Shown: positions 1-9,409 of the stretch, piece by piece
Layout of the letters: every line of letters starts with the position of its first letter
Position numbering within the stretch: the first letter of the stretch is position 1
Assembly: GCA_046291115.1 (NCBI GenBank)
Contig: JBKBSV010000001.1
Location: 1 to 58,679, forward strand
Source: Novosphingobium sp.
GTDB lineage: Bacteria; Pseudomonadota; Alphaproteobacteria; Sphingomonadales; Sphingomonadaceae
Reading direction: 5' to 3'
Length of the DNA: 58,679 nucleotides
Program-made: the position numbers and the translations under genes
Notes under the pieces: generated by a model
What the model was told of the DNA's origin: nothing
What the model saw: only the letters and a program-made list of their open reading frames with translations
Databases searched by the model: none

Positions 1-526
1 TCAGCACCGGCCGGACAATGTCCTCGTCCTGCCTGACGTCCTGCCTGACGTCCGGCTTGGCGGCGGGCTTGCCGACATCGGCGGCCATGCGCCATTCGAG
101 GTCGAGCGGGCCGAGCAGGCGGCCGTCGTGGGCGTGGATGCCGATCGGGGCGATCGGCTGGCCGTCGCGCGCGTCGCACAGCACCGGGTTCGATGGCACG
201 CCGCAGCCATACTTTTCGCCCCACTGGCGCAGCGCCAGCATGGCCGGGAGCAAGTCCAGCCCCTTGGCGGTCAGGCGGTATTCGATCTTGCGGCGATCAT
301 CGGGCATGTGCTCGCGCTTCATGATACCGTGTTCGACCAGCCGGGCCAGGCGGTTGGACAGGATGTTGCGGGCGATCCCCAGCGCGCCGAGGAATTCCTC
401 GAAGTGGTGCAGGCCATTGAAAGCCGCGCGCAGGATCATGAATGACCAGCGTTCGCCCATCACTTCCAGCGCGGCCGGCAGGCCGCAGCTTTCCATGGCG
501 CCCAGCGGTTCTCTCAGCTTGTCCAT
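1..526 (-). CDS. HxlR-family winged-helix transcriptional regulator (3' end runs off the window)
   Basis: Not in ORF track. Manual translation from ATG at 526: MDKLREPLGAMESCGLPAALEVMGERWSFMILRAAFNGLHHFEEFLGALGIARNILSNRLARLVEHGIMKRE...IEYRLTAKGLDLLPAMLALRQWGEKY, a typical HxlR pattern. Confidence 0.9.
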   Translation of the reverse strand, partial: MDKLREPLGAMESCGLPAALEVMGERWSFMILRAAFNGLHHFEEFLGALGIARNILSNRLARLVEHGIMKREHMPDDRRKIEYRLTAKGLDLLPAMLALRQWGEKYGCGVPSNPVLCDARDGQPIAPIGIHAHDGRLLGPLDLEWRMAADVGKPAAKPDVRQDVRQDEDIVRPVL

Positions 527-609
527 CTCTCGACCCCCATACCCGCGACAAGACTAACGCAACTGCCCTTGGACTCCGACAAAAAAATCTTTGCTGCGAT
601 GCACAGTTT

Positions 610-657
610 TCAGTTGCAACCTGATACCTATCGCATTAGGTGGCCAAAAGCAACGCA
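610..657. promoter_or_regulatory. Two imperfect palindromes, candidate HxlR operators
   Basis: TCAGTTGC-N5-GATACCTA (610-630) and TAGGTGGC-N5-GCAACGCA (637-657), both approximating TAGGTTGC-N5-GCAACCTA, in the divergent intergenic region. Confidence 0.4.
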
Positions 658-721
658 AATCGAGTCTCCCCTCCCAGGACCTTTCGATCCCTGCGTGGCC
701 CACGAAACAAGGGATTTGATC

Positions 722-1069
722 ATGCTTACCGCACGTAACCGCAGCTTCTCGCGCAATGTCGTTCTCGCCGGTCTGGCTCTCGTCGGCACCGTCGCCAGCT
801 TCTCGGCCACGGTTTCGCCGGCCGAAGCCCAGCGGAGCAACCGCTACACCGCCAAGCTTTCCAGCGCACTCGAAGCGCCGGCCCGCAAGGTCGTCAACGG
901 TGTGGTCTGGAACTGCACGGGCGATACCTGCACCGGTCCGGTCGATGGCGCCAAGCCGCTCAATACCTGCACCAAGGTCGTGAAGGCCTTTGGTGCGGTC
1001 ACCACGTTCACCACCCCGAAGGGTGAACTCAGCGCTGAAGATCTTCAGAGCTGCAACGCCGCCGCCTGA
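722..1069 (+). CDS. Small secreted Cys-containing protein (CC_3452-like)
   Basis: Signal peptide ending AEA; VVWNCTGDTC...C...C motif; AGGGA upstream of ATG. Confidence 0.75.
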   Translation: MLTARNRSFSRNVVLAGLALVGTVASFSATVSPAEAQRSNRYTAKLSSALEAPARKVVNGVVWNCTGDTCTGPVDGAKPLNTCTKVVKAFGAVTTFTTPKGELSAEDLQSCNAAA

Positions 1070-1134
1070 GGCAGTTCCGGGGTCGCCCTCTGGCCCCGCA
1101 GGCACCCTACCTTCTCCTAAAACATCCCACTGAC

Positions 1135-1166
1135 AAGGCCCTCGCTTCCCGGCGGGGGCCTTTTTT
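1135..1166 (+). terminator. Rho-independent terminator
   Basis: AAGGCCCTCGC-TTCCCG-GCGGGGGCC-TTTTTT. Confidence 0.85.
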
Positions 1167-1184
1167 CATGGGGTGAGGACAAGA

Positions 1185-1796
1185 TCAGATCAGGCCGCGG
1201 GTCCGCAGCTCAGCCTCAAGCCCTGCGGCATCAAGGAAGTGGTGGGCCTGCCAGCCGCAGGCGCGGGCGCTGTCCACGTTGGCCAGACTGTCATCCACGA
1301 ACAGCATCGACCCGCCGGGCAGGCCAAAGCGCGCCTCGGCATGGGCAAAGATCGCCGGGTCCGGCTTGGCCAGCTTCTCCACGCCGGAGACGACGATGTC
1401 GCGGAACCGCTCGAGCAGCGGGAAGGTCGGGGCAAAGCCGGCCCAGGTATCGGCCCCGAAATTGGTGATCGCATAGAGCGGCACGCCGGCCGCAGCGAGC
1501 GCTTCGACCAGGCGGGTCGTGCCGGGGACCGGGCCGGGGATGGTATCGTTGAAGCGGTCGAGCCAGGCCTGGATCAGGTGGGCATGCTCGGGAAATTCGG
1601 CACTGCGCGCGGCGATCATGTCGGCCGCATCCCGGCCGGCATCGTGCTCGCCGTGCCAGTCGAGCGGAATCACCGTGTCCATGAACCAGGCGCGTTCGGC
1701 GGGATCGGGGATCAGTTCGCGAAACGGCAGGTCGCGTTCCCATTGCACCAGCACCTTGCCGACATCGAACACCACCGCTTCGATTCTGGCGTTCAT
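1185..1796 (-). CDS. HAD-family phosphatase/hydrolase
   Basis: VVFDVGKVL, ITNF, KPDPAIF, FVDD motifs. Confidence 0.9.
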   Translation of the reverse strand: MNARIEAVVFDVGKVLVQWERDLPFRELIPDPAERAWFMDTVIPLDWHGEHDAGRDAADMIAARSAEFPEHAHLIQAWLDRFNDTIPGPVPGTTRLVEALAAAGVPLYAITNFGADTWAGFAPTFPLLERFRDIVVSGVEKLAKPDPAIFAHAEARFGLPGGSMLFVDDSLANVDSARACGWQAHHFLDAAGLEAELRTRGLI

Positions 1797-1902
1797 CCTG
1801 CATTCCCCCGCAGCTCAAAACACTTTCGGCCCGCGCTCCGGGTGGGAGGCGGGCCGTCTGATTACCGGGTCCGGACTTGCCGGACCCGCCCGTTGCCGGG
1901 GC

Positions 1903-2028
1903 TTAGCCCTGGCGCGCCTTGAAGCGGCGGTTGGTCTTGTTGATCACATAGGTCCGGCCACGACGGCGAATCACGCGGTTATCCCGGTGGCGGTCCTTGA
2001 GCGACTTGAGGCTGTTGCGAATCTTCAT
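1903..2028 (-). CDS. rpmJ: 50S ribosomal protein L36 (type B, Zn-free)
   Basis: Not in ORF track. Manual translation [41 protein letters not shown]; GAGG RBS upstream. Confidence 0.97.
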   Translation of the reverse strand: MKIRNSLKSLKDRHRDNRVIRRRGRTYVINKTNRRFKARQG

Positions 2029-2188
2029 GGTTTCCTCGGGGGCGGGCGATGCCGCTGAAAATGGAAGGTGCGCCGTTACGGACGAGTCATGGCGAAGTCA
2101 AGGTGAGAGTCTTGGTTCCGGTGCGCCGCTTGCATCCGCGATTGGCCGACCAGACCAGAAAAACCTGGATGGCTTTCCCGCACTGCCG

Positions 2189-3202
2189 TCAGGCGGACGA
2201 AGACTCCCGGATCTCGCTCAGCTTGCGCTCCCATTGCAGCGCATGGGCGACGATCGTGTCGAGATCGGCGTACTGCGGCTGCCATGGCAAAATCGCCTTG
2301 ATCCGGCGGTTGTCGGAAATCAGCGAATCGGGATCGCCGGCGCGGCGCGGGCTCATCACCCGGTGGATGGTCTGGTTGGTGACCCGGTCAACCGCGTCGA
2401 GCACCTCCAGCACCGAATAGCCCCGGCCATAGCCGCAGTTCATGGTCAGCGAGCGTTCCGGCTGCTCGATCAGGGCGGCCAGCGCAAGGACGTGGGCATT
2501 GGCCAGGTCCGAAACGTGGATGTAATCGCGCACGCCCGTGCCATCGGGCGTGTCGAAATCGGTGCCGAACACTTCCACCTTGTCACGCTTGCCCAGCGCG
2601 GCTTCGACCGCGACCTTGATCAGGTGGGTGGCCCCGGCGGTCGATTGCCCGGTGCGGGCGCGCGGATCGGCCCCGGCGACGTTGAAATACCTCAGCGCGC
2701 AGAAGTTGATTGGATGGGCCTTGGCGACATCGCCCAGCATGATCTCGGTCATCAGCTTGGACATGCCATAGGGATTGATCGGCAGCTTGGGGCTGTCCTC
2801 GCTGACCGGAGACACTTCCGGCACGCCATAGGTTGCGGCGGTGGAGCTGAAGATGAAGTGCTTTACTCCGCCGGCCACGGCTGCGGCGATCAGGGCGCGG
2901 CTCTTGGCAGTGTTGTTGTGATAGTATTTGAGCGGATTCTCGACCGATTCCGGCACGATGATCGACCCGGCGAAATGCATCACCGCGCCGATCCGCTGCT
3001 CGGCAAAGATCCGGGCGAGCAGGTCTGCATCCTCGATATCGCCTTGGTAGAACGGCACCCCTTCGGGCACGGCCCAGCGAAAGCCGGTGGTCAGATTGTC
3101 GATCACCGCGACCGGCCAGCCGGCATCGGTCAGGGCAAGCACGGCATGGCTGCCGATGTAACCGGCACCGCCGGTAACGAGCACGGGAAGCTTCTGGGTC
3201 AT
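2189..3202 (-). CDS. galE: UDP-glucose 4-epimerase
   Basis: VLVTGGAGYIGSH, FSSTAATYG, YGMSK, RYFNVAGA, RDYIHV. Confidence 0.95.
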   Translation of the reverse strand: MTQKLPVLVTGGAGYIGSHAVLALTDAGWPVAVIDNLTTGFRWAVPEGVPFYQGDIEDADLLARIFAEQRIGAVMHFAGSIIVPESVENPLKYYHNNTAKSRALIAAAVAGGVKHFIFSSTAATYGVPEVSPVSEDSPKLPINPYGMSKLMTEIMLGDVAKAHPINFCALRYFNVAGADPRARTGQSTAGATHLIKVAVEAALGKRDKVEVFGTDFDTPDGTGVRDYIHVSDLANAHVLALAALIEQPERSLTMNCGYGRGYSVLEVLDAVDRVTNQTIHRVMSPRRAGDPDSLISDNRRIKAILPWQPQYADLDTIVAHALQWERKLSEIRESSSA

Positions 3203-3309
3203 GTCGGGATTTTCTCTAGCAGCTTCAGGCAAGCAAGTGGTTAATGCGCCTGAAATCCTTGCAAGCGGATGACAGGCAGGCCAGATTGCCGGCTCTGAGG
3301 AGACTGCCG

Positions 3310-3900
3310 ATGATCCGCCTGCGTCCAATCCCCGGTCTTGCCGCCGCCCTGCTGCTGGCGGCCTGCGTCACGCCGGTCGGCCCGGTCGAAGTGACCCGCT
3401 TCCACATCGAGGATGTCAGTCCGCTGGGCAAAGGCACGATCTCGGTCGAGCCGGCCCCCGGCACCAACGGCAATTCGCTGGAGTGGCAGACCTACAGGGC
3501 TGCCGTGGCGCGCCAGCTGGTGCTGATCGGCTATACCGAGGCAGCCCCCGGCGCAGGAGCGCAGATTGCCCATCTCCGCCTGAGCCGCAGCACTTTCAGG
3601 GCCGGCGGTTCCAGCCCGGTCAGCGTCGGGGTGGGCGGATCGACCGGCAGCTATGGTTCGGGCGTGGGGGTGGGGGTGGGCTTCAACCTTTCCCCCGGCG
3701 CGAAGGAACAGGTCGCCACCGAACTGGCCGTTGCAATCCGCGACCGGGCCAGCGGCACGGTCCTGTGGGAAGGACGGGCCAGTTTCACCGTCGGCACCGG
3801 CAGCCCGCTGGCCGGCAATGCCCTGGCCGCCCCGAAGATGAGCGCCGCGCTGTTCCAGAATTTCCCCGGCGCGTCGGGTGAAACCATCGAGGTAAAATGA
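3310..3900 (+). CDS. DUF4136-like lipoprotein
   Basis: Lipobox LLAAC; Gly-rich VGVGG...GVGVGVGF segment; LWEGRA. Confidence 0.75.
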   Translation: MIRLRPIPGLAAALLLAACVTPVGPVEVTRFHIEDVSPLGKGTISVEPAPGTNGNSLEWQTYRAAVARQLVLIGYTEAAPGAGAQIAHLRLSRSTFRAGGSSPVSVGVGGSTGSYGSGVGVGVGFNLSPGAKEQVATELAVAIRDRASGTVLWEGRASFTVGTGSPLAGNALAAPKMSAALFQNFPGASGETIEVK

Positions 3901-5048
3901 CCCAGATCGCAATCACCGCCGCCTTCGATTCCGGCAATATCGAGGTCCTGTCCATCGATGGCGCGACCGCGCGGCTGGCGATCCGCAAGGACCGCAATTC
4001 CGATTTCTTCCAGTGGTTCCACTTCCGCGTCGCCCATTGCGCCGGGCGCGACCTGGTGCTCAAAATCACCGGGCTGGAACAATCGGCCTATCCCGGCGGT
4101 TGGCCGGGCTATCGCGCGGCGGTGAGCGAGGACCGCGAATTCTGGAGCCGGGCCGAGAGCAGCTATGACCGGGACGAGGACGGCGGCACCCTGACGATCC
4201 GCTATCGCCCGGCTGCAAACCTGGCGTGGTTTGCCTATTTCGCGCCCTATTCGATGGAGCGGCACCACGATCTGGTCAGCGCGATGGCCCAGGCCGAGGG
4301 CGTCACCCACCGGGTGCTGGGTTACAGCCTCGATGGCCAGCCAATCGATTGCCTGGAACTGGGTGAGGGCGAACGGCAGGTCTGGCTCTATGCCCGGCAG
4401 CATCCGGGCGAATCGATGGCCGAATGGTGGATGGAAGGGGCGCTTGAATGCCTGACCGATCCGGCCGATCCGGTCGGGCGGCGGCTGTGCCAGCTGGGCC
4501 GGTTCCACGTTGTCCCCAATGCCAATCCGGACGGATCGTGCCGTGGCCACCTGCGGACCAATGCCGCGGGGATCAACCTTAACCGCGAATGGGCCGAGCC
4601 GAGCGCCGAGCGCAGTCCCGAAGTGCTGGCGATCCGCACTGCGATGGACGAGACCGGGGTGCATTTTGCCATGGACGTCCACGGTGACGAGGCGATCCCG
4701 GCAGTGTTCCTGGCGGGGTTTGAGGGCATCCCGTCATGGACGGCCGAGCTGCAGGGCGGGTTCGATCGCTACAAGGCAATCCTGGCGCGGCGCACGCCCG
4801 ATTTCCAGACCCGGCTGGGCTATCCGGTGGCCGGCAAGGGCAAGGCCAACCTGGCTATGAGCACCAACCAGCTGGCCGAACGCTTTGGCGCGGTATCGAT
4901 GACCTTGGAAATGCCGTTCAAGGACCACGCCGACCTGCCCTGCGCGGCCCAGGGCTGGAGCCCGGAGCGCAGCGCGATTCTGGGGCGCGACTGCCTGGGG
5001 GCCTTGCTGGAGTGGCTGGAGGGCCAGGATCCTAGCGGACCAGCCTGA
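3897..5048 (+). CDS. M14 cytosolic carboxypeptidase-like Zn peptidase
   Basis: FDSGNI, QWFHF, FAPYS, ARQHPGE, NLNREW, DVHGDE; ATGA overlap with upstream gene. Confidence 0.92.
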   Translation: MTQIAITAAFDSGNIEVLSIDGATARLAIRKDRNSDFFQWFHFRVAHCAGRDLVLKITGLEQSAYPGGWPGYRAAVSEDREFWSRAESSYDRDEDGGTLTIRYRPAANLAWFAYFAPYSMERHHDLVSAMAQAEGVTHRVLGYSLDGQPIDCLELGEGERQVWLYARQHPGESMAEWWMEGALECLTDPADPVGRRLCQLGRFHVVPNANPDGSCRGHLRTNAAGINLNREWAEPSAERSPEVLAIRTAMDETGVHFAMDVHGDEAIPAVFLAGFEGIPSWTAELQGGFDRYKAILARRTPDFQTRLGYPVAGKGKANLAMSTNQLAERFGAVSMTLEMPFKDHADLPCAAQGWSPERSAILGRDCLGALLEWLEGQDPSGPA

Positions 5049-6954
5049 GATCGGCTATCGCATTGGCGATCTTGGTGAAGGCATCGCCCAGTTCCTTGCC
5101 ATCAGCGGCCTGAAAGGCCCGGCCTGGGCCGGCGCAGGCTTCGAACATCGGGTTCATTTTGGTGCCGAAGGCGACCACCCATACCGTGATGTTGCGCTTC
5201 TTGGCTTCCTCGCAGATGAAGGCAAAGCGGTCCTCGACCGTCTGGGTCAGGCTGCGGGCCGAACCGGGTGTCCAGCGGCGGCGGTCGAGCGGTTCGAAGC
5301 CGTAGGCGGTATAGCTCAGGTCCAGCGCCGAGGTCTGCCCGTCGGTCATGAACACGATGTGGCGGCTGGTCGGAAGGCTGGGTGACAAATCGGCATTGTC
5401 TGCGGCGAACAGGCCGGTCGGCGCGACCAGCCGCGCGGCCCACAGCATGCCGATATCGTGATAGGTACTGCCCCCGACCTTCAGCGAAGCAAGGTAGGCT
5501 TCGATATCGTCATCGTCCATTTCCGCCAGCCGTCGGGCCGGGTTGGGGCAATGGGCGCTATCGCCGATCTGCGGGTTGTAGAATTCGTCGGTGGTGGTGA
5601 CAATCGCGGTGTTGAACGCCCCGGTGTTGTTCCACTTCATCGCGCGGCCATAAACCCGGCCGGGATACATCGGCCGCCACATGCCGGAGGGATCACCCGG
5701 TGTCGGCACATGGTCAAGATCAAGGTCCTTGGCCCGGCTGAGATCGACATTCCCGTAGTCGTCGATCTCGTAGGTGTCGGGCTCCTCCAGGCAGCCGATC
5801 GCTGTTCTGCGCCAGTCCGACACGTCGAAGGTTTCTTCGCGGTACTGCCAGATCGAACCCCGGCCAATAGTGGGCTGGGTCACCCAGTCATAGCTGACCT
5901 TGAAATTGCTGTGAGCCAGCTTGATCACCTGGCAGGTATTGCCGGTCAGCTTCACCTGATAACTGTTGCCATTGTAGGTGTAGTGAAAGGTGTCCCGGCG
6001 CACGATTCCGGCGGGCGGCCCGGCATAGGGCTCGGTCGTGGTGCCGATATAGGCCCACGTGGAAGTGAGGGTGCTGGCCGGGGCCGGGCTGCACACCAGC
6101 GTCCCCGCGACATTGGTGGCTGCGTAGGTGGAATCGATTGTTTCAACCTGGGTCCCGCCGATCACGCTGCCCACCGCCCAGAACGAAGTGATTGTCGCCG
6201 CCCTGCCGGCACCCAGCAGACGGCGCGACTGGTAATGCCAGCTTGTGACCACCTGGTCGTCGGTCAGCAGCGCAGCGGCATTGACATTGGTGGAATAGGG
6301 CACAAAGCCATATCGCACCCGCGATCCGGGCGCCTTGGCGGCTTCGATCTGAGCGTGGAATGATTTGACCGTATCGCGCAGTTCCTCGATCCTCGGCTTG
6401 CTGTCGCCGGGATTGGTCAGAGTCATCGATCCGGTCAGGTCCAGCGCCAGGACGATATCGGTATTGCCCACGCCCACTTCCGCACCGCAGGTAGTGGTGA
6501 TGGGCACCTGGTCAAAGCCGAACATCGCCATGATCGTGGTTGGCACGGTTACCTTGGCCGTGCCGCTGAGCTGGTCATCGGCGCTCAGCACCAGAGCGAA
6601 ATCGCGCCCGGTGGTGCCATAGCTGCCATCGGGGAAGTTCACGTTGAAGAACCGGTCGCCCACTGCGGTCACATCGGCGGGGATCGTTGCGTCGGCCGCC
6701 GGGTTGGTTCCCATCCGCTTGCGTGCGGCCAGCACGCCGGCATCGCAGGCCTGCTGCAGCCGGGTTTCGGCCAGATAGCTGCGGCCCATGTCGATCGCCC
6801 CGCCGACCATCGCCAGCAAGGGGACCAGGGCAGCCGCGATCATCGCCAGGGTGTTGCCGGACCGATCGTGCCGCAGCTGCCGCGCCCAGGACAGCGCCGC
6901 CACGGCCAGGGCCTTGGCGTTCAGGGGAGCGGCGCGGGATCCTGGTCCGAACAT
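5032..6954 (-). CDS. TadG/TadE-like Flp pilus assembly protein with vWA domain
   Basis: N-terminal [14 protein letters not shown]...[10 protein letters not shown]...[11 protein letters not shown]; vWA motifs LALDLTGSM and IVFMTDG; start uncertain. Confidence 0.85.
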   Translation of the reverse strand: MFGPGSRAAPLNAKALAVAALSWARQLRHDRSGNTLAMIAAALVPLLAMVGGAIDMGRSYLAETRLQQACDAGVLAARKRMGTNPAADATIPADVTAVGDRFFNVNFPDGSYGTTGRDFALVLSADDQLSGTAKVTVPTTIMAMFGFDQVPITTTCGAEVGVGNTDIVLALDLTGSMTLTNPGDSKPRIEELRDTVKSFHAQIEAAKAPGSRVRYGFVPYSTNVNAAALLTDDQVVTSWHYQSRRLLGAGRAATITSFWAVGSVIGGTQVETIDSTYAATNVAGTLVCSPAPASTLTSTWAYIGTTTEPYAGPPAGIVRRDTFHYTYNGNSYQVKLTGNTCQVIKLAHSNFKVSYDWVTQPTIGRGSIWQYREETFDVSDWRRTAIGCLEEPDTYEIDDYGNVDLSRAKDLDLDHVPTPGDPSGMWRPMYPGRVYGRAMKWNNTGAFNTAIVTTTDEFYNPQIGDSAHCPNPARRLAEMDDDDIEAYLASLKVGGSTYHDIGMLWAARLVAPTGLFAADNADLSPSLPTSRHIVFMTDGQTSALDLSYTAYGFEPLDRRRWTPGSARSLTQTVEDRFAFICEEAKKRNITVWVVAFGTKMNPMFEACAGPGRAFQAADGKELGDAFTKIANAIADLRLVR

Positions 6955-7154
6955 TGTCCCAGGTTAGGCCAACAGGCTATCTCGGATTGATAACGGACAG
7001 GGTTAACCGATGCTTTCCGTGTCATTGCGGGCCGTCCCGAACTGTTCGGGAGCGGCGCCTGATACCCTGCATTTTCGCCGAGTCACGGCGTAAACGCTTC
7101 CGCAATCATGTTCTGGCGGCCTGCGTTAACACTTGTGCGGGTAAAATCGCGATC

Positions 7155-7631
7155 ATGCGCAAAGCCCAACCTGCCATTGGCCTCAAGGCCAAGGGATATC
7201 AACGCTTTGCCTGGGTTGTCCTGGGCTTGGCGGTGATTGTCGCCATGGCCAGCAATGATGTGGCCCCGGCCGGGGCTGGATCGCCCATGCAAGCGGCGCG
7301 GCGCGACGCGCCTGCCGCAAAGCCCGGTCCCGGAGCGAGAGCGATCGCCCTGCCGGCAGCGATTGAACCAGATGATGGCCCAGATGATAGCCTTGCCGAA
7401 AACGGTGCCGCGCCGTCAAGCGAACCGGCGCTGGCTGCGGAACCGGCGGAATTGATCAAAGCGCAGGATCGCGGCCATCCTCCGCTGCCGGGCACGACGA
7501 GAGCCGGGCCGCAGCAGGTCAGGGCCGCGCCGCCGCGCCCCTCTTCGGCCGAACTGGACCGTCTGGTCGCTAGCTCGCGGTTGCGTTCGGGCGGGGTCGA
7601 TCAGGGCGACGAGATAAGCCGCCGGTCCTGA
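7155..7631 (+). CDS. Hypothetical membrane-anchored Pro/Ala-rich protein
   Basis: Single hydrophobic segment FAWVVLGLAVIVAMA followed by a low-complexity region. Confidence 0.55.
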   Translation: MRKAQPAIGLKAKGYQRFAWVVLGLAVIVAMASNDVAPAGAGSPMQAARRDAPAAKPGPGARAIALPAAIEPDDGPDDSLAENGAAPSSEPALAAEPAELIKAQDRGHPPLPGTTRAGPQQVRAAPPRPSSAELDRLVASSRLRSGGVDQGDEISRRS

Positions 7632-7653
7632 ACCGGCCGTCTCCAGCCTAAGC

Positions 7654-8082
7654 CTATTCCAGCGCAGCGGGGCCGAAGGCCTTGGGCAACAAGTCCGACA
7701 GGAGCAGTTCGATTACCTCGGTTTCGCCCACACACCACACGATGGGATCGCTGTCACCCAGCGCCGCCACTTCGTTCAGCATCTGGCGACAGCGCCCGCA
7801 GGGAGTGACCGGATCGCCGCTGCCAACCGCGCCGGCCTTGCCGCCGATCACCGCGACCGCTTCCAGCCGCCCGCGCCAGTCTTCCGACATGGCCTTGCCG
7901 ACCGCGACCGTTTCCGCGCAGAGCGTCAGGCCGTAGCTGGCATTCTCGACATTGGCACCGGTCACCACCGAACCATCGGCAAAGCCCAGCGCCGCGCCGA
8001 CGTGGAACTGCGAATAGGGTGCATAGGCGCGGGCCGCAGCATCGCGCGCGGCCGCGATCAGGCTGTCGCGGGTCCAGCTCAT
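7654..8082 (-). CDS. cdd: Cytidine deaminase
   Basis: AYAPYS, NVENASYGLTLCAE, PCGRCRQ. Confidence 0.95.
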   Translation of the reverse strand: MSWTRDSLIAAARDAAARAYAPYSQFHVGAALGFADGSVVTGANVENASYGLTLCAETVAVGKAMSEDWRGRLEAVAVIGGKAGAVGSGDPVTPCGRCRQMLNEVAALGDSDPIVWCVGETEVIELLLSDLLPKAFGPAALE

Positions 8083-8777
8083 GGCGCTACCACCACCCAC
8101 TCGAGCGGCGCTTCGCTCGCCTCGCTCTTGAACATCGAATTGGCACTCCACAGCGTCCAGGGCCGCCCGGCATAGTCTGGCTGAAACCGGTCGCGGACCA
8201 GCCAGACGTTGCGGTCGATCGCGCCGGCCAGGTGATAGCGGTCTTCAAAGCGGCTGGATATCTTCAGGATCGTGGCCTTGCCGGTGTGGGTCTCGATCTG
8301 GTTGAGGAAGGTCATCAGCTCGCTTTCCACCGCCGCGTCGGTGACATTGACCGGGCAATCCTCGACCAGCATGTCGAGCTCCACCGCCTGCGGCAGCAGC
8401 CTGGCATCGCGCGGCACCACGGTCATGAAATTGGCCGACTGGCTTTGCGCCGGCTGGCACGGATCATAGCGGTGCACCGCCCCGACCTGAAGCTTGGCGG
8501 CGCGGGCGTCTTCCAGGTTCCTGGCAAAGGCCGGATCGCGGGCAAAGGCGCTGGCCGAGGCATCGAGATAGACGAACTGCGCGCCGGTCGCCTTCAGCAC
8601 TTTCCAGTTGACCGCGCCGGTCTCGGCCGAAATCCCGGCCCCCTGGATCGGGAAGTCCACAGTCGTGGGCCGCCATCGCTGGATCGACCACCAGCCCCAG
8701 CCAAGACCGATCAGGCTCAGCAACAGGACCGTCCCCAGCAGGCGCAGCCGCCAGCGACCGGTCGATTTGCGTGCCAT
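8079..8777 (-). CDS. GH25 lysozyme-like protein
   Basis: N-terminal TM; FPIQG...VNW...F(V)Y...VGAVHRY...PWTLW architecture. Confidence 0.8.
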   Translation of the reverse strand: MARKSTGRWRLRLLGTVLLLSLIGLGWGWWSIQRWRPTTVDFPIQGAGISAETGAVNWKVLKATGAQFVYLDASASAFARDPAFARNLEDARAAKLQVGAVHRYDPCQPAQSQSANFMTVVPRDARLLPQAVELDMLVEDCPVNVTDAAVESELMTFLNQIETHTGKATILKISSRFEDRYHLAGAIDRNVWLVRDRFQPDYAGRPWTLWSANSMFKSEASEAPLEWVVVAP

Positions 8778-8792
8778 GAAAGTTGCGCTCCC

Positions 8793-9275
8793 TCAGCCCC
8801 TGATATGCAAGACGCAGATCAGGGTAAAGAGGCGGCGGGCCGTGGCGAAATCGGTTTCCACCTTTCCTTCAAGGCGTTCCAGCAGCATTTCGGCCGCTTC
8901 GTTGTGAACCCCGCGGCGGGCCATGTCGATCGTCTCGATCTCCTGCGCGGTGGCCTTGCGGATCGCCTGGTAATAACTGTCGCAGATCGCGAAATATTCG
9001 CGGATCGGGCGGCGGAACCGGCCAAGGCCAAGGATCAGGGTTTCCAGCAGGCGGCCATCGGCGTCGGATACTTCCAAGGAGAGCCGCCCGTCCTCCACCG
9101 ACAGGCGCAGGCGGTAAGGGCCCTGATGACCGGCCTCCCAGGCGCGGCAGGGCCTGAACAGGTTTTCCTCGATCAGGTCGAAGATCGCGATCCGGCGTTC
9201 CTGCTCGATATCGGCATTGCGCCACAGGATCGTGGCTTCGTCCAGTTCGACGTGGATAATCCGTGGGTCCCCCAT
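8793..9275 (-). CDS. UPF0262 family protein
   Basis: EQERRIAIFDLIEENLF, ICDSYYQAI, TARRLFTLICVLH. Confidence 0.92.
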   Translation of the reverse strand: MGDPRIIHVELDEATILWRNADIEQERRIAIFDLIEENLFRPCRAWEAGHQGPYRLRLSVEDGRLSLEVSDADGRLLETLILGLGRFRRPIREYFAICDSYYQAIRKATAQEIETIDMARRGVHNEAAEMLLERLEGKVETDFATARRLFTLICVLHIRG

Positions 9276-9321
9276 GCGAGGCTTTTCGCAGATGCAAAAT
9301 CGCGGAGCAAGGGGCTCTGCG

Positions 9322-9342
9322 CCTTCCACAGCCTGTGGATGA
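9322..9342. promoter_or_regulatory. Pair of inverted DnaA-box-like sites upstream of dnaB
   Basis: CCTTCCACA (9322-9330) and TGTGGATGA (9334-9342; reverse complement TCATCCACA) versus consensus TTATCCACA. Confidence 0.6.
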
Positions 9343-9409
9343 AAATGGCTTGCCCGGCCGGCGGCTGATGCTTGCGCCCGGCGCGTCCGCAGCGCATTTA
9401 ACCCAGCCT

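Noticed and set aside
1827-1890. Two hairpins downstream of rpmJ
   Set aside because: Consistent with ordinary terminator or stability stems
1997-3244. Long antisense ORFs (also 22311-23537, 33153-34406, 35611-36975, 44912-46495)
   Set aside because: Shadow frames of real genes in high-GC DNA with no recognisable motifs
6960-7145. CtrA site upstream of the TadG-like gene
   Set aside because: TTAAC half-sites are present but none has TTAA-N7-TTAA spacing
9251-9342. Replication origin
   Set aside because: Only about three imperfect DnaA boxes, a short gap and no AT-rich unwinding region
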